The notes: generated by a model from the letters alone, not told the origin. 62,097 nt of DNA, filler included, from Acidimicrobiia bacterium (GCA_046759765.1; 6 parts of 6 records of this genome joined end to end with filler, not necessarily neighbours in it), one strand, 5' to 3'; positions 20,993 to 31,408 are shown, counted from the first letter of the whole stretch. Program-made: numbers and translations.

Positions 20993-23014
20993 CGTGAAGT
21001 AGAGCTCCGGTTTGTACTCGCCGGCATCCTGGTCGATCCATTCGAGCGGACCGGGGTTGGTGTTGTACGTGTTTCTGCGGTGACTGAAGTAGCTGCCCTG
21101 GATATTCCATCCGTCGACTTCGTAGCCGACCTCCAACCCAGGCCGAGCAAGGGGAGCGAGTATCTGATACTGGGGCAGGTCGGGAATGAGGATCGTTTCG
21201 ACTGTCAGGTCGGACGGCCAAAGGCGCAGCCACACATCGGTCTGATCGAAGGGATAGCGCCGGGCGTCAAAGGTCTGGGGCAGAGTCGCGGTAAACCGCC
21301 AACTAATGCGTATAACCGGCCCCTCTCTGCCGCGGTTCTGCTCTATGAATTCCGAGGCTGCGGCTTCGGGTAACTGGAATCCGGCTCGGTACGCAGCCGC
21401 CTCTTCCTGGCGGTACTCCTGCCAGGCCCGTCCTTGCACAACTACGCCCTCGTCCGCCCGGAAATCAATACCCTGGAGGAACACGCCTGCCTGGACTACG
21501 GAGGTTCCGTCGTCGATGTAAGTCGAGGGCGCCTCTACAACTTCACCGGTTGTTGCCACGGGATCCTGGGCTCGGGGCGCCGTCGCCACGAGGTACCAGA
21601 TCCATCCGATCCCGAGCAACGCAAACACCGCGGTCGCGGCGGCGACCACCCACAGTCGAGTGTTGCTCACACCACGGGGCCGAACGATCAGCACGGTGAT
21701 GGCGAGGAGACCGAGGAGCACGAAGAGGCCGATCTCGATAAGGAGCTGGGTTTGCCGCTCTGTGCGCGCCAGAACCTCGTTTTCGTAGGTCACTAGAGCC
21801 AAAGTCCAGGGAGGTGATGGGGAGGTCACCTCAGTTGAAGAAGGGATAGCTACCGGCGCGTACGCGATGATTGCCGGCTCACCGGTAATCACATCCGAAT
21901 ACCCGGTCAGAATCCCGCGATCGTTGCGGACTCCGCCGTCAAATAGCTGCTTCATAAGCGCCTGAGTTTCAAGATCTACGGATACGTACTCGTAGTTAGT
22001 ACATACGTCAGGAAGGCCTGGTCTCGGATCAGGTTCGGCCCCATCCAGCCTCTGCGCGCATCGATAGCGGCTCGGCTCCGGATGATTCACATAAATACCG
22101 ACTTCGCCCTGGTCGTCTTCACGAAATATGAACGGATAGCCGGCGGCACTCGCTTCAACGAAGCTGATGTCGTCGGCCAGCCGATCGAGGGTTAACGTTC
22201 CTCCAACGACTGCCACCGGTTGAGTGCCTAGCCAGACGGCTGAGTTGTACCAGGCCAGCATTGTTCGGCTGGTCACACCAAATCGTGGACGTGTCCAGAC
22301 GGGTTGTCCCCCTCGGATAAGGGCTCTCTTCAGGTAATCTCTCTCGCCCCAGTACTCATCCAGGCTCTCGTCTTTGCCATCGTTCACCCTTTCCACGTTG
22401 GGGTAGCGGAGTTTCAAGACCCCGTCAGTGATCTGGGCGTACGGCTGGTAAGCACCTTGGGGCCCGGTCGGGTTGTAGGCAGCCATTAATCCATTGATGT
22501 TGGGTACGAGAGCCGCTCGAGCACAGAGCTCGTACTCGATGCCCTGCCAAGTGCCCGGTGGCGATTCTGACTCGGCGACTTCGCACTCCGGAGCGTCGGC
22601 TGGGAGACCTTCACCATCGGGCGGATCGCGAGGTATGCGGTCACCCAAGGTCTCGCTAATAGGGTCGGGCACCCCCCGGAGGGCCAACTTCTGAAGCTCG
22701 GCCGCGAGGTCGGCGGCCAGGTCGTCGATGGTCGTGGTGAACACTGATAGATCACGGCCGACCGCAGAGGCAGCTCGCTCAAGGTCAGCCAGGGCACGGG
22801 TCTCGGCAGCCTTTCTCAGGTCCGCGCGGCTTCTGCGGTACTCGACAGTGCGAACCGAGGCCGCAACGAGCGAAATCAAAAGGAGTATCGCCGCAATGAC
22901 GAAGACAACTAGCCCCGGTCCCCTATCAGGTATCCACGAGGGAATCGCGCGCCGGCGCCCCTGTGCCGGACCCTTGTCCTCCGTGGCCCGCGCCTTGGCT
23001 TCGGCTTGTCTCAC
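20993..23014 (-). CDS. Cache-domain-containing membrane protein with a pentameric ligand-gated ion channel extracellular domain (3' truncated)
   Basis: TM, Cache-like region (WTRPRFG, YVNHP, WTLALV), two TMs, then AGVFLQ...WRFTATLPQTFDARRYPFD...GWNI, the Pro-loop signature. Confidence 0.75.
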
Positions 23015-23103
23015 GTGGTCTTGCTGCCCTCACAAACTAGCGAACTGAGCAGGCCAGGGATAGGCCCGGCGCATAGGCTTGCCACATCGGCCGGGGAGGG
23101 TTT

Positions 23104-23967
23104 ATGACCGATGGAGCGAATCCGCTCCGCATCGCACACTTCAGCGATATTCACTGCGGCGACGGAAGTTTCTCGCGCGAGGCCATGGAGGCCCTTGTCG
23201 CCGGCGTCAACGCCTTAGATCCAGATGTCGTAGCGGTAGCGGGGGACCTGACCGGCTCCGGCTACGAGTGGGAGTACGAAGAAGCCGCCCAGTGGCTGGC
23301 GCAAATCGAAGCTCCCAAAGTGGTGGTTCCGGGGAACCACGACGGTGAGAACGCCGGGCACTACCACTTCGAGAACCTGATCGGGCCGCGCTATTCCGTT
23401 TATCGCCACTCCTTTGATCCGGAGCGGGCGGAGTTCCTTGGAGCGCCTGGGCTGACAGTCGTAGGTGCCGACTCGTCAGAACCGGGCGTCGGCGAAGGCC
23501 GTGTGGGCCGCCTCCGCCAGAGTTGGATCGAGGAGCAGTTCGCCCGACCCGAGGAGATCGAGGTTCTTGTCATCCACCATCACCTTGTCTCCATTCCGGG
23601 CTCCGGGCGGGAACGAAACACAATTGCGGACGACGGAGAGCTACTCGCGCGCATAATCAGGCTCGATGTCGACATCGTGCTCTCGGGTCACAAGCACGTT
23701 CCCTGGTTCTGGAGCGTGAACGGAACTCTGATCGCAAACTCGGGAACGGCTACGACCAAACGGTTACGCGGATTCAGTCCACCTTCGTGGCACGACCTCG
23801 AAATCGACGGCTCGTCCATCAGGGTCTATACGAACTATGCCGAGGGAAAGCGGACTCTGTCGCTGACGATGGCAAGACGGACCCAGGATCTCGTCGAGAG
23901 CGCCTTCCAGATCAGCGACGACTTCTTGGAGACCAACCGGCAGCTGGGAATCGACGGCCCTAGCTGA
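23104..23967 (+). CDS. Metallophosphoesterase (calcineurin-like, CpdA-like)
   Basis: HFSDIH, AGDLT, PGNHD, IHHH, SGHKH. Confidence 0.92.
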   Translation: MTDGANPLRIAHFSDIHCGDGSFSREAMEALVAGVNALDPDVVAVAGDLTGSGYEWEYEEAAQWLAQIEAPKVVVPGNHDGENAGHYHFENLIGPRYSVYRHSFDPERAEFLGAPGLTVVGADSSEPGVGEGRVGRLRQSWIEEQFARPEEIEVLVIHHHLVSIPGSGRERNTIADDGELLARIIRLDVDIVLSGHKHVPWFWSVNGTLIANSGTATTKRLRGFSPPSWHDLEIDGSSIRVYTNYAEGKRTLSLTMARRTQDLVESAFQISDDFLETNRQLGIDGPS

Positions 23968-23996
23968 GAGAACGAAAGCCGATGTGGGGCCTGCCG

Positions 23997-24512
23997 TCAG
24001 TGACCGTGAGCGCGCTTGATGAGCCAGATCGACGCCGCGAATAGAAGCACAGAAATTGGAATCACGATGTCGGACCATGGAACGGCACCACCGCTAGATG
24101 CGGACTCCAGCACAGTCTTCAGGAACAGGACCGCCAGGAGAATGGCGATGGTTTCCAGCAGTCTTACCTTCAGGTCGGTGACACTCTCGATGTCGAGCCA
24201 GTCGGGAGCGCCGACCCGCTTCCGTTTCTCTTGCCACATATCGCGATCAGGTACGACGAATAGTGCATATACCCCATAAGCGAAAACGAAAAGGACCAGT
24301 CCCAGTAGGAACTGATCGAGCGCGGAGATGATCTCCACCGTCGCTGTCAGAGCGGCCTGGTCGCTCAGAGCCTCGAGCTCGTTGAGCCCGAGATAGATGC
24401 TGACCGCTCGGACGGTGGTTACCCCGCCGATTGCGAACATGATCACGGCACCGGCCACTCCGAACAGCGCGCCGAACACACTCACCCACCGCGCCCGGAA
24501 TATCGTCTCCAT
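23997..24512 (-). CDS. YqhA/UPF0114 family membrane protein
   Basis: ALDQFLLGLVLFVFAYGVYALF, PDWLDIESVTDLKVRL. Confidence 0.85.
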   Translation of the reverse strand: METIFRARWVSVFGALFGVAGAVIMFAIGGVTTVRAVSIYLGLNELEALSDQAALTATVEIISALDQFLLGLVLFVFAYGVYALFVVPDRDMWQEKRKRVGAPDWLDIESVTDLKVRLLETIAILLAVLFLKTVLESASSGGAVPWSDIVIPISVLLFAASIWLIKRAHGH

Positions 24513-24581
24513 GAGCTGATCCTGCCACTAAATCCCACCAGCGAGCGTCTTTTGCAGCACCAGGTCGGTTAGATGGAGGGG

Positions 24582-25226
24582 CTAGACGCAGCCCTCCGCG
24601 AACCCGACGCCCGGGAGCCTGCCGGCTCTATAGGCGGTGACGACGCGACTGTCGTCCAGCTCGAAGACGACCCGATACTCAGCATCGATCTCATCTACCG
24701 GGACAAACACCAGCGCGGGGCCGTCGATAACAAACTCGCTGCCATCCACCAACTGGTCGCCGAATAGATCCTGGAGAGCCTGCTCGGTGGAACCTATCTG
24801 GGCGCCTGAGCGGGTAGCGACTCTGCTGGGCGGGCTTATGTCGACCCGGGCGATCAAGTCCTGAAGAACCATGAAGGCCACTCCGTCGAGCCCAAACTCG
24901 GGGACGACGAAGTAACAGTCTGCGCTGACTGCGGGATCGAGTTCTCCTATCAGGCGCATTCCAGCCGCTTCCTCCGCTTCTTCGACGGTCATCCCGACAA
25001 ACACCGGTCCCATACCCACCGTGCTGACCCGTGAGGTTTCTGAGAGCGCCGCGTCCGGCGGAAAGGTGGTAGAGGTCGTGGATGTGGTTGTCGAGGACGA
25101 GGTCGTCGTGGCCAAGGTTGTCGGCGGCGCCGGCGGCAGCGTCGTTGTGGCGTCCGTGCCGGCACCGCCGTTGCAGGCAGCAGCAGCCAAGATCAGCGAA
25201 ACCAGCAAGATTGAACTTCGATTCAT
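24582..25226 (-). CDS. Hypothetical lipoprotein with Thr/Ser-rich linker
   Basis: Signal peptide with LAAAAC lipobox followed by a TTTSSSTTTS stretch. Confidence 0.75.
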   Translation of the reverse strand: MNRSSILLVSLILAAAACNGGAGTDATTTLPPAPPTTLATTTSSSTTTSTTSTTFPPDAALSETSRVSTVGMGPVFVGMTVEEAEEAAGMRLIGELDPAVSADCYFVVPEFGLDGVAFMVLQDLIARVDISPPSRVATRSGAQIGSTEQALQDLFGDQLVDGSEFVIDGPALVFVPVDEIDAEYRVVFELDDSRVVTAYRAGRLPGVGFAEGCV

Positions 25227-25412
25227 TCCAGCACCGGAAGCCGAAGAGTAGGCGAGCGCCCCCTAGGTCGGCTTGATTACGCATGGGCGCTTAGAGGTTC
25301 GGGCGGAGGGCTAGAAGCCGGCCGTCCATTAGCGAGGCGTGGATGATTCCTTGCCTCACTGCCAGCGCACCCGCCGGCTCTACTCCGAGCGGTCGGGTCC
25401 AGACAACCACGC

Positions 25413-25438
25413 GAAGCGAGCCCCGAAGGGCTCGCTTC
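25413..25438 (-). terminator. Stem-loop downstream of nirK
   Basis: GAAGCGAGCCC / GGGCTCGCTTC 11-bp stem with C-UUCG-G tetraloop on the minus strand. Confidence 0.65.
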
Positions 25439-25456
25439 TACTGCTCAAATGCTTGC

Positions 25457-27058
25457 TCAAGCTTCGACGATCACCTTGGCACGCATCCATGGGTGTGGGG
25501 TGCAGAAGTACTCGAACTCTCCAACCTCGTTGAACGTATACGACCAGCTCTCGCCGAACTTCAAGAACCCGGAGTCGAAGGACTCGTCAGTGGCCGTCAC
25601 CGTGTGCATCATTCCTTCGTCGTCGTTGGTCCAGGTAACGGTCGTGCCCACGCGAACGGTGAGCACGTTGATCTCGTAGTCGGCGGGGTCTTCGGTCGCC
25701 GCGAATTCATCAGGAGCATCCAGCGGCTGGATCGCGTCCGAACCCGGCAGAATGCTCATCGCGATATCGCTCTCGATATGCGTACCAGCTGCAGCGGGCT
25801 GCTCCGGTTCGGTGCTACCGATCGCGGCGAAGATCTCCGGGTTCGGGTCACCTTCCACGACGATCTGGGCCAGAGCGCCCTTGTCGAACGTGCGGGTCAG
25901 TGCATGGTCGACGAGGATGATCGTGCTGGGTACTTGCCCCACCAGCTCCACAACGGTGCCGCCGCCCGCAGGCACCAGCGTGGTCTGTGAGCCGCGGATC
26001 GGCGGATTGAGCAACGCTGCTTCGGGATACACGACGTCCCAATGCGACCCGATCGGATGGAAGTTGGAGTCGAGGTTGAGCCCGGCGTTGACGAAGTAAA
26101 TCCTCATCCGCTCCCCCACTCTCATCCGGGGGGCGTTGTCTCCCGCCAGCGCTCCCTTGGCTCCATTGAAGACTACGAATGTCGGGTTCTCGTCCGTAAG
26201 GGCTTGGCGGTCGGTGTCGGCCAAACCCGCGTCAGAGCTGGTGGTGTAGTACTCGGACTGCACCATATAGAGCTCGGAATCGACCGCCGGCAACGGCTGC
26301 TCGGGGTCGACCAGGATCCCGCCATACATGCCATGGGAGATGTGGAGCGGAACGTCTCCGAACGCGCAGTGGTACATGAACATCCCCGGATACAGCATCC
26401 GGGCCTCGATCGTCTTGCTCTCGCCGGGAGCCACGGTGGTGTCGGCGGCTCCGCCACCTTGGCCGGTGACGGCGTGGAAGTCGATGTTGTGGGGATGAGA
26501 GTTCGTCGCCAGGTTCGTCAGAGTGAATCGCAGTAAGTCGCCTACCCGTGCCCGGATCATCGGGCCGGGAGTGCCGACCAAGACCTGGTCGTCGCCGTTA
26601 AGCCGGAAGCCCCAGGTCTCGTACTCGACGCCCGTTACCGGGTCGATGGTCGTCACGTTCTCGACGACCTCGAAGTGGACATCGACTATTGCCGGCGCGG
26701 TCCTGCCCGAAGGTGGCGGGACGTTGGGGGCGTAGGAAACGTTGATCTCGCTGCTCGGAACCGGTGCTAGTTGCGCCTTAGGGACGAGATCCGGGATGAC
26801 GCTCCCTCCGATCGGGAGGGCGGTCCCGGCTGTTCCCTCTGAAAGAAGCTCGTCGACCCTCTCGGCCACGATGGCATCGTCAACTGAGTTACGGCTGGCG
26901 GTTATGGCCAGGGCACTCACGCCGATGCCTGCCGCCAAGAGGGCGGTGACAAGCCCGATTACGGCCACGGTCCCGAGTGTGAAGTGAGGATGGGCTGCGG
27001 GCGCCTCTTTCTCTTGTGTCCGGGTCGTGGTCTCTTGTCGTGTACGTAAATCCATCAT
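25457..27058 (-). CDS. nirK: Copper-containing nitrite reductase with N-terminal membrane anchor and C-terminal cupredoxin domain
   Basis: HNIDFHAV, MYHC, HISHGMYG, NFHPIG, VDH (T1/T2 Cu ligands plus catalytic Asp/His); C-terminal HTVT...YFCTPHPWM. Confidence 0.88.
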   Translation of the reverse strand: MMDLRTRQETTTRTQEKEAPAAHPHFTLGTVAVIGLVTALLAAGIGVSALAITASRNSVDDAIVAERVDELLSEGTAGTALPIGGSVIPDLVPKAQLAPVPSSEINVSYAPNVPPPSGRTAPAIVDVHFEVVENVTTIDPVTGVEYETWGFRLNGDDQVLVGTPGPMIRARVGDLLRFTLTNLATNSHPHNIDFHAVTGQGGGAADTTVAPGESKTIEARMLYPGMFMYHCAFGDVPLHISHGMYGGILVDPEQPLPAVDSELYMVQSEYYTTSSDAGLADTDRQALTDENPTFVVFNGAKGALAGDNAPRMRVGERMRIYFVNAGLNLDSNFHPIGSHWDVVYPEAALLNPPIRGSQTTLVPAGGGTVVELVGQVPSTIILVDHALTRTFDKGALAQIVVEGDPNPEIFAAIGSTEPEQPAAAGTHIESDIAMSILPGSDAIQPLDAPDEFAATEDPADYEINVLTVRVGTTVTWTNDDEGMMHTVTATDESFDSGFLKFGESWSYTFNEVGEFEYFCTPHPWMRAKVIVEA

Positions 27059-27466
27059 GGCTTACCTCCATAGGTGAGAGACGGAACGGTCCGGCTCTCT
27101 AGTTGGTCGATCAGAAAGCGCCGTGTCACAGACCAGGACTCGTGAAGTGGGCAGTCCTCGTTTGAAGGGCAGGGCCCGCCGCTCAGAACGCACACGTCGC
27201 GGGCAACGGGGCCCTGCACAGCCTCGATTGCCTCGAGAAGGGTGATGTCATTGAGCTGTCCGACGAGCCGGTATCCGCCCGAAGGACCCCGTACGGATTC
27301 GACCCACCCGGGCCCGGATCAGCGGACTGATCACCTGGGGCAGAAAGCCGATGCTTGTCTCGCACCTGCGAGCAAGCTCGGCACCACTGATTCGGTCCGA
27401 ACTCGTGCCGAGGACCTGCAGGGCACGCAGCGCCAGGTCAGTACTGCGCTGAAGACCTAATTCCAT
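27055..27466 (-). pseudogene. Rrf2 family regulator with a single +1 frameshift (pseudogene or assembly error)
   Basis: MELGLQRSTDLALRAL...LIRA; removing one base at 27310-27312 continues GWVESVRGPSGGYRL...CVLSGGPCPSNEDCPLH to a TGA overlapping the nirK ATG; span 412 nt = 3n+1. Confidence 0.85.
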
Positions 27467-27499
27467 AGTTCTACTACGGAACTTGGGAATTCGAAACTA

Positions 27500-27535
27500 T
27501 GGGCGAAGGGCCCTACGAGCCGGGTCTAAAGCCCG
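27500..27535. promoter_or_regulatory. Tandem DosR/DevR-like boxes upstream of rrf2-nirK
   Basis: TGGGCGAAGGGCCC (27500-27513) and GGGTCTAAAGCCCG (27522-27535, 11/14 to GGGACTWWAGTCCC), 22 bp apart. Confidence 0.5.
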
Positions 27536-27596
27536 ATCAGGTATCGGTGGGTTTCTGCTGGCTGGTCATCGGTCAGCGGCCGCCCGGAGGCGAGAT

Positions 27597-27941
27597 TCAG
27601 CTGGTGGTGGCCAATGGGTCTGGTCCGTATTGGTTGGGCCCGACGGTTCCATGCAGGAAGCCGGTCTCGACCAGTGCCCAGATCGGTCCGATGAGCGGAA
27701 CCAGGCCGATGAGTATCCACCAGCCGGACTTCTCGCGGTCGTGCCAACGCTTGATGGTTACCGCCAGCGCGGGCCAAAGAACGGCGATAGCAACGATCAC
27801 ATAGAGGAAGACCGTCGAGGAGTCGCGAGCGAACAACAGCGCCGCGACCGCCAATACCACCCAGATAATGAGCGTTCCCAGCCAGAAGGCTGCCCGGTTG
27901 ATCCGTCCTTCGAACGAGAAGAAGAGCTTGCCGAAGTCCAC
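27597..27941 (-). CDS. DUF805 family membrane protein
   Basis: FSFEGRINRAAFW, KRWHDREKSGWW, GTVGPNQYGPDP; GTG after GGAGG. Confidence 0.92.
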   Translation of the reverse strand: MDFGKLFFSFEGRINRAAFWLGTLIIWVVLAVAALLFARDSSTVFLYVIVAIAVLWPALAVTIKRWHDREKSGWWILIGLVPLIGPIWALVETGFLHGTVGPNQYGPDPLATTS

Positions 27942-28076
27942 TACGCCTCCGATCATCGACTTCGACAGGCTACGGCGATACCGCCTCTCGTCGGTGGACC
28001 TGGATCGGCCGACCTCACCGTTCCTGTCCATGGACGCGTCGGTTTCCGACCCGGCGATTGACACGAACCCGGGCCC

Positions 28077-28640
28077 CTAGCTGGAGGCCTCGGACGGGAC
28101 CGCCGCCGCGACCACGACCTCCTTCTTGTGGTGGGACACCTCGGCGTCTACGAACCCCACGCGCTCCAGGTCGGAGGCGAGCTCCTCGGCCCCTCCGTCG
28201 GACAGCGCGTGTTTGCCGGAACCGGCCCGCTCCATGATCAACAACCGGCCGCCCTGAGCCAGCACCCGGCTGGCTTCGACGAGGCCCGCATCTTCGTCGG
28301 CCCAGTGATGGAATGCGCTCACCGTCCAAGCAACCGTGAAGGCACCGTCGGCAAAGGGCAGGTCCTCTGCTGATCCCACTTCGAATGAGACGTTCGGGAA
28401 CTCACTCGATCGCTTCTGAGCGATCTCAACCATTGAGGGCGAGGGGTCCACGCCCACGGCCTCGGTGACTAGCCGAGAGGCCTCTCGGACGGCTGCGCCC
28501 GGACCGCAGCCGATGTCCAGCGTTCGGTCCTGAGGAGTTAGCCCCGCCAGCTCGACAATCAGCCGATTCGACTTCGGGTTCCGATTGAAGAACGAGTATG
28601 CGGCCGCCTTGAACCGGGACCACTGCTCCACTTCGCTCAT
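28077..28640 (-). CDS. Class I SAM-dependent methyltransferase
   Basis: LDIGCGPG, GSAEDLPF, AFHHW. Confidence 0.92.
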   Translation of the reverse strand: MSEVEQWSRFKAAAYSFFNRNPKSNRLIVELAGLTPQDRTLDIGCGPGAAVREASRLVTEAVGVDPSPSMVEIAQKRSSEFPNVSFEVGSAEDLPFADGAFTVAWTVSAFHHWADEDAGLVEASRVLAQGGRLLIMERAGSGKHALSDGGAEELASDLERVGFVDAEVSHHKKEVVVAAAVPSEASS

Positions 28641-28694
28641 GACGCCATTGTTGCCTGATGAGCTGGAGCCGGCTACCTGAGCTTTACTGGTGAT

Positions 28695-29132
28695 GTGACC
28701 GTCGATACCTCAGACCTGTGGACGTGTCCTAGCTGCAGAAAACGATTCGTGGCCCGCAACATGTGGCACTCCTGCGGGAGCCACAGCGTCGAAGAGTTTA
28801 TGGAAAGTAAGAGCGAGGTCGCCTGGGCTTTCTGGAACAAGCTCCAGGAGATGGTCGGCAACTGCGGCCCCCACTCCATCGTCGCCAACAAGACCCGTCT
28901 GGCCTTCATGGTGCGGGTGCGTTTCGCGGGGACGAGTGCCGTCTCGGATTGTGGCATGAGCTTTGCTTTCTGGCTGAAGCAGCGGATCGATAGCCCCCGC
29001 TTCCGCAGAGTCGAGCATTACGGCGGCAGTGACTGGGGTTATCACATGCGAGTGGGATCACTCGAAGAGCTGGACGACGAGGTTCAGGGTTGGCTGTGTA
29101 TGGCCTATGAAGTGGGCTGCCAACTCGCCTGA
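28695..29132 (+). CDS. Hypothetical protein (DUF5655-like) with N-terminal CxxC
   Basis: WTCPSCRKRF...WHSC; LDDEVQGWLCMAY C-terminus. Confidence 0.7.
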   Translation: MTVDTSDLWTCPSCRKRFVARNMWHSCGSHSVEEFMESKSEVAWAFWNKLQEMVGNCGPHSIVANKTRLAFMVRVRFAGTSAVSDCGMSFAFWLKQRIDSPRFRRVEHYGGSDWGYHMRVGSLEELDDEVQGWLCMAYEVGCQLA

Positions 29133-29156
29133 TGGGACAGGTAGCTTTCGCCCTAG

Positions 29157-31130
29157 ATGACAGGGCCCAACTTCTCACCTAGGACGCGGGCGACCATCGA
29201 GGCGCTGGCGGACACCTTCTTGCCCGGAGTAGATGGGCCCGACCGAGGCTGGACAGCCTCGGGCCGGGACCTCTTGGTTCCGGATCGGTTCCCCGATCTC
29301 TTCGCACGGCTCCCCCATGACAGCGTTCGCCGGGACCTCGCTGTCTTCCTGCGGCTGCTGGGCTCGCGTAGTGGCGGTCTGATGCTTTACCGAAAACGGC
29401 GGCGGTTCGCAGACTTGGCGGCTGCAGAACGGGCAGAGGCGATCAACTCGATGGCCGCCAGCCCGCTGGTCAGCGTCCGGATGGGCGCCAAGTTTCTCAA
29501 AGTCCTCCTGGCGATGCTGTGGGTGACCACCGACGAAGACAGGCCGACCCCGCCGGTCTGGCAAGCGATGCGTTACCCGGGTCCGGACGGCGCGCCACCT
29601 GAAGTGCCGAAAGCCATCTCGCTGACCCCGGTGACCGACGATCAGACGTGGACGGCCGATGTAGTCGTGGTCGGTTCCGGAGCCGGCGGCGGCGTCGCGG
29701 CCGGCGTGCTAGCTCAGGCCGGACTCGAGGTCGTTGTGCTGGAGAAGGGTGGCTACCGCAACGAAGCCGACTTCAACCACCTCGAGGAAGCCGCCTACCG
29801 AGACATGTATCTCCAAGGGCTTCTCAGCACTACCACGGACGGTGGACTTTCCTTGGTCGCAGGCGCAACTCTGGGGGGCGGAACGGTCATCAATTGGACC
29901 ACGTCGTTCCCGACACCAGCTCGCTTGCGGGACGAATGGGACCGAGTCGCCGGCTTCTCAAACGTCTTCAGTGGGCCTGAATACGAGGCGGCGTCCCAGG
30001 CAGTTTCCGAGCGGCTCAACCTCACCACGGAGTTCAGCTCCCCCTCCCGACGCGATGCATTGATGGAAGAAGGCCTGCGGAGTCTCGGCTGGCACGTTGG
30101 CATTCAGTCACGCAACGTCAACGGCTGTTCGTCTGACGCCTGCGGTTACTGCTTCATGGGTTGCCGCATCGGGGCCAAGCGGTCGACCCTGGTGACCTAC
30201 CTCCAAGATGCCTACGAGTCGGGCGCCCGTATCGTTGTCGACGCCGACGTTCGCCGAGTGCTGGTCAAGAACGGCCAGGCGACGGGCGTCGAGGCGGCGG
30301 TCAACGGAGCAGGTCTCACGGTGCGAGCTCGATCCGTCGTACTTGCCGCCGGCGCCCTCAACACCCCCGCGATCTTGCTCCGTAGCGGAATTGGTGGCAG
30401 GTCAGCCGGACGCCATCTCCATCTGCATCCGGTCACCGGCCCCTGGGGACGATTCGAGGAGAACGTTGAGCCCTGGACTGGCATGATGCAGGCGCGATAC
30501 ACGGCCGAGTTCTCCGATCTCGACGGTGACGGATACGGCTTCATTTTGGAGACCGGCCCGATCCACCCGGTCCTCCCAGCCGCCTACATCGGCTGGGAGA
30601 ACGGCGAGCAGTTCAAACGCGACGTAATCGGGCTTCGCTTCATGGCTCCTTTGGGAGTCCTCCTGCGCGACCACAGCCAGGGGCGAGTGACCACGCGTCG
30701 TGACGGCAGCCCCCGGTGGGAGTACCGCATGGGAGGGCGCGACCTCGACCACATGCGTCTCGGCGTGCGGCGGGCGGCTGAGGTACTCGCGGCCGCGGGT
30801 GCAGTGGAAGTGATCTCATCCACGGTGCGCCCTGTCCGTTGGAGGCCTGGGCGCAACTCCACGGTCGATACTTTCATGGCGGATGTCGACTCGGTCGGGT
30901 ATGGACCTAACCAAACGTCGTATGCCACTCTTCACCAGATGGGCGGGGCACGGATGGGCAGCGATCCGTCCGCCTCGGTCGTCGGTCCTTACAACGAGGT
31001 CCATGACACTCGAGGGCTGTACGTCATGGACAGTTCCTGTTTCCCCACCGCCAGCGGCGTCAACCCGATGATCTCTGTCTCGACGATTGCCCACCGCGCC
31101 GCCACAGCCCTGGCATTCGAACTCACCTGA
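29157..31130 (+). CDS. GMC family oxidoreductase (long-chain alcohol oxidase-like)
   Basis: VVGSGAGGG, LGGGTVINW, CSSDACGYCFMGC, HQMGGARMG, FPTASGVNP. Confidence 0.92.
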   Translation: MTGPNFSPRTRATIEALADTFLPGVDGPDRGWTASGRDLLVPDRFPDLFARLPHDSVRRDLAVFLRLLGSRSGGLMLYRKRRRFADLAAAERAEAINSMAASPLVSVRMGAKFLKVLLAMLWVTTDEDRPTPPVWQAMRYPGPDGAPPEVPKAISLTPVTDDQTWTADVVVVGSGAGGGVAAGVLAQAGLEVVVLEKGGYRNEADFNHLEEAAYRDMYLQGLLSTTTDGGLSLVAGATLGGGTVINWTTSFPTPARLRDEWDRVAGFSNVFSGPEYEAASQAVSERLNLTTEFSSPSRRDALMEEGLRSLGWHVGIQSRNVNGCSSDACGYCFMGCRIGAKRSTLVTYLQDAYESGARIVVDADVRRVLVKNGQATGVEAAVNGAGLTVRARSVVLAAGALNTPAILLRSGIGGRSAGRHLHLHPVTGPWGRFEENVEPWTGMMQARYTAEFSDLDGDGYGFILETGPIHPVLPAAYIGWENGEQFKRDVIGLRFMAPLGVLLRDHSQGRVTTRRDGSPRWEYRMGGRDLDHMRLGVRRAAEVLAAAGAVEVISSTVRPVRWRPGRNSTVDTFMADVDSVGYGPNQTSYATLHQMGGARMGSDPSASVVGPYNEVHDTRGLYVMDSSCFPTASGVNPMISVSTIAHRAATALAFELT

Positions 31131-31216
31131 TAGACCAACCCGTGGGGTTTTGAGCCGCCTCTGTCACGCGCTGACTTGAGCAGGAGAGTTGATCACCCGG
31201 CCGCCGTGAGCCTGAG

Positions 31217-31307
31217 TCAGCGAAAGGCCGGGATCACCTCTTTTGCGAATAGCTCGATGCCGCGGCGGTCGTAGGGAGCTTCCGGGAAGAACAGGATTGC
31301 GTAGGTC
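31217..31307 (-). CDS. C-terminal fragment of an LLM class oxidoreductase
   Basis: TYAILFFPEAPYDRRGIELFAKEVIPAFR*. Confidence 0.7.
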
Positions 31308-31407
31308 NNNNNNNNNNNNNNNNNNNNNNNNNNNNNNNNNNNNNNNNNNNNTTAATTAATTAANNNNNNNNNNNNNNNNNNNNNNNNNNNNNNNNNNNNN
31401 NNNNNNN
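31308..31407. other. Artificial contig linker
   Basis: N run + TTAATTAATTAA + N run. Confidence 0.99.
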
Positions 31408-31408
31408 G

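Noticed and set aside
25284..25300. TGGGCGCTTAGAGGTTC resembling the reverse complement of the tRNA-Val 3' end
   Set aside because: Too short and gapped to distinguish from chance
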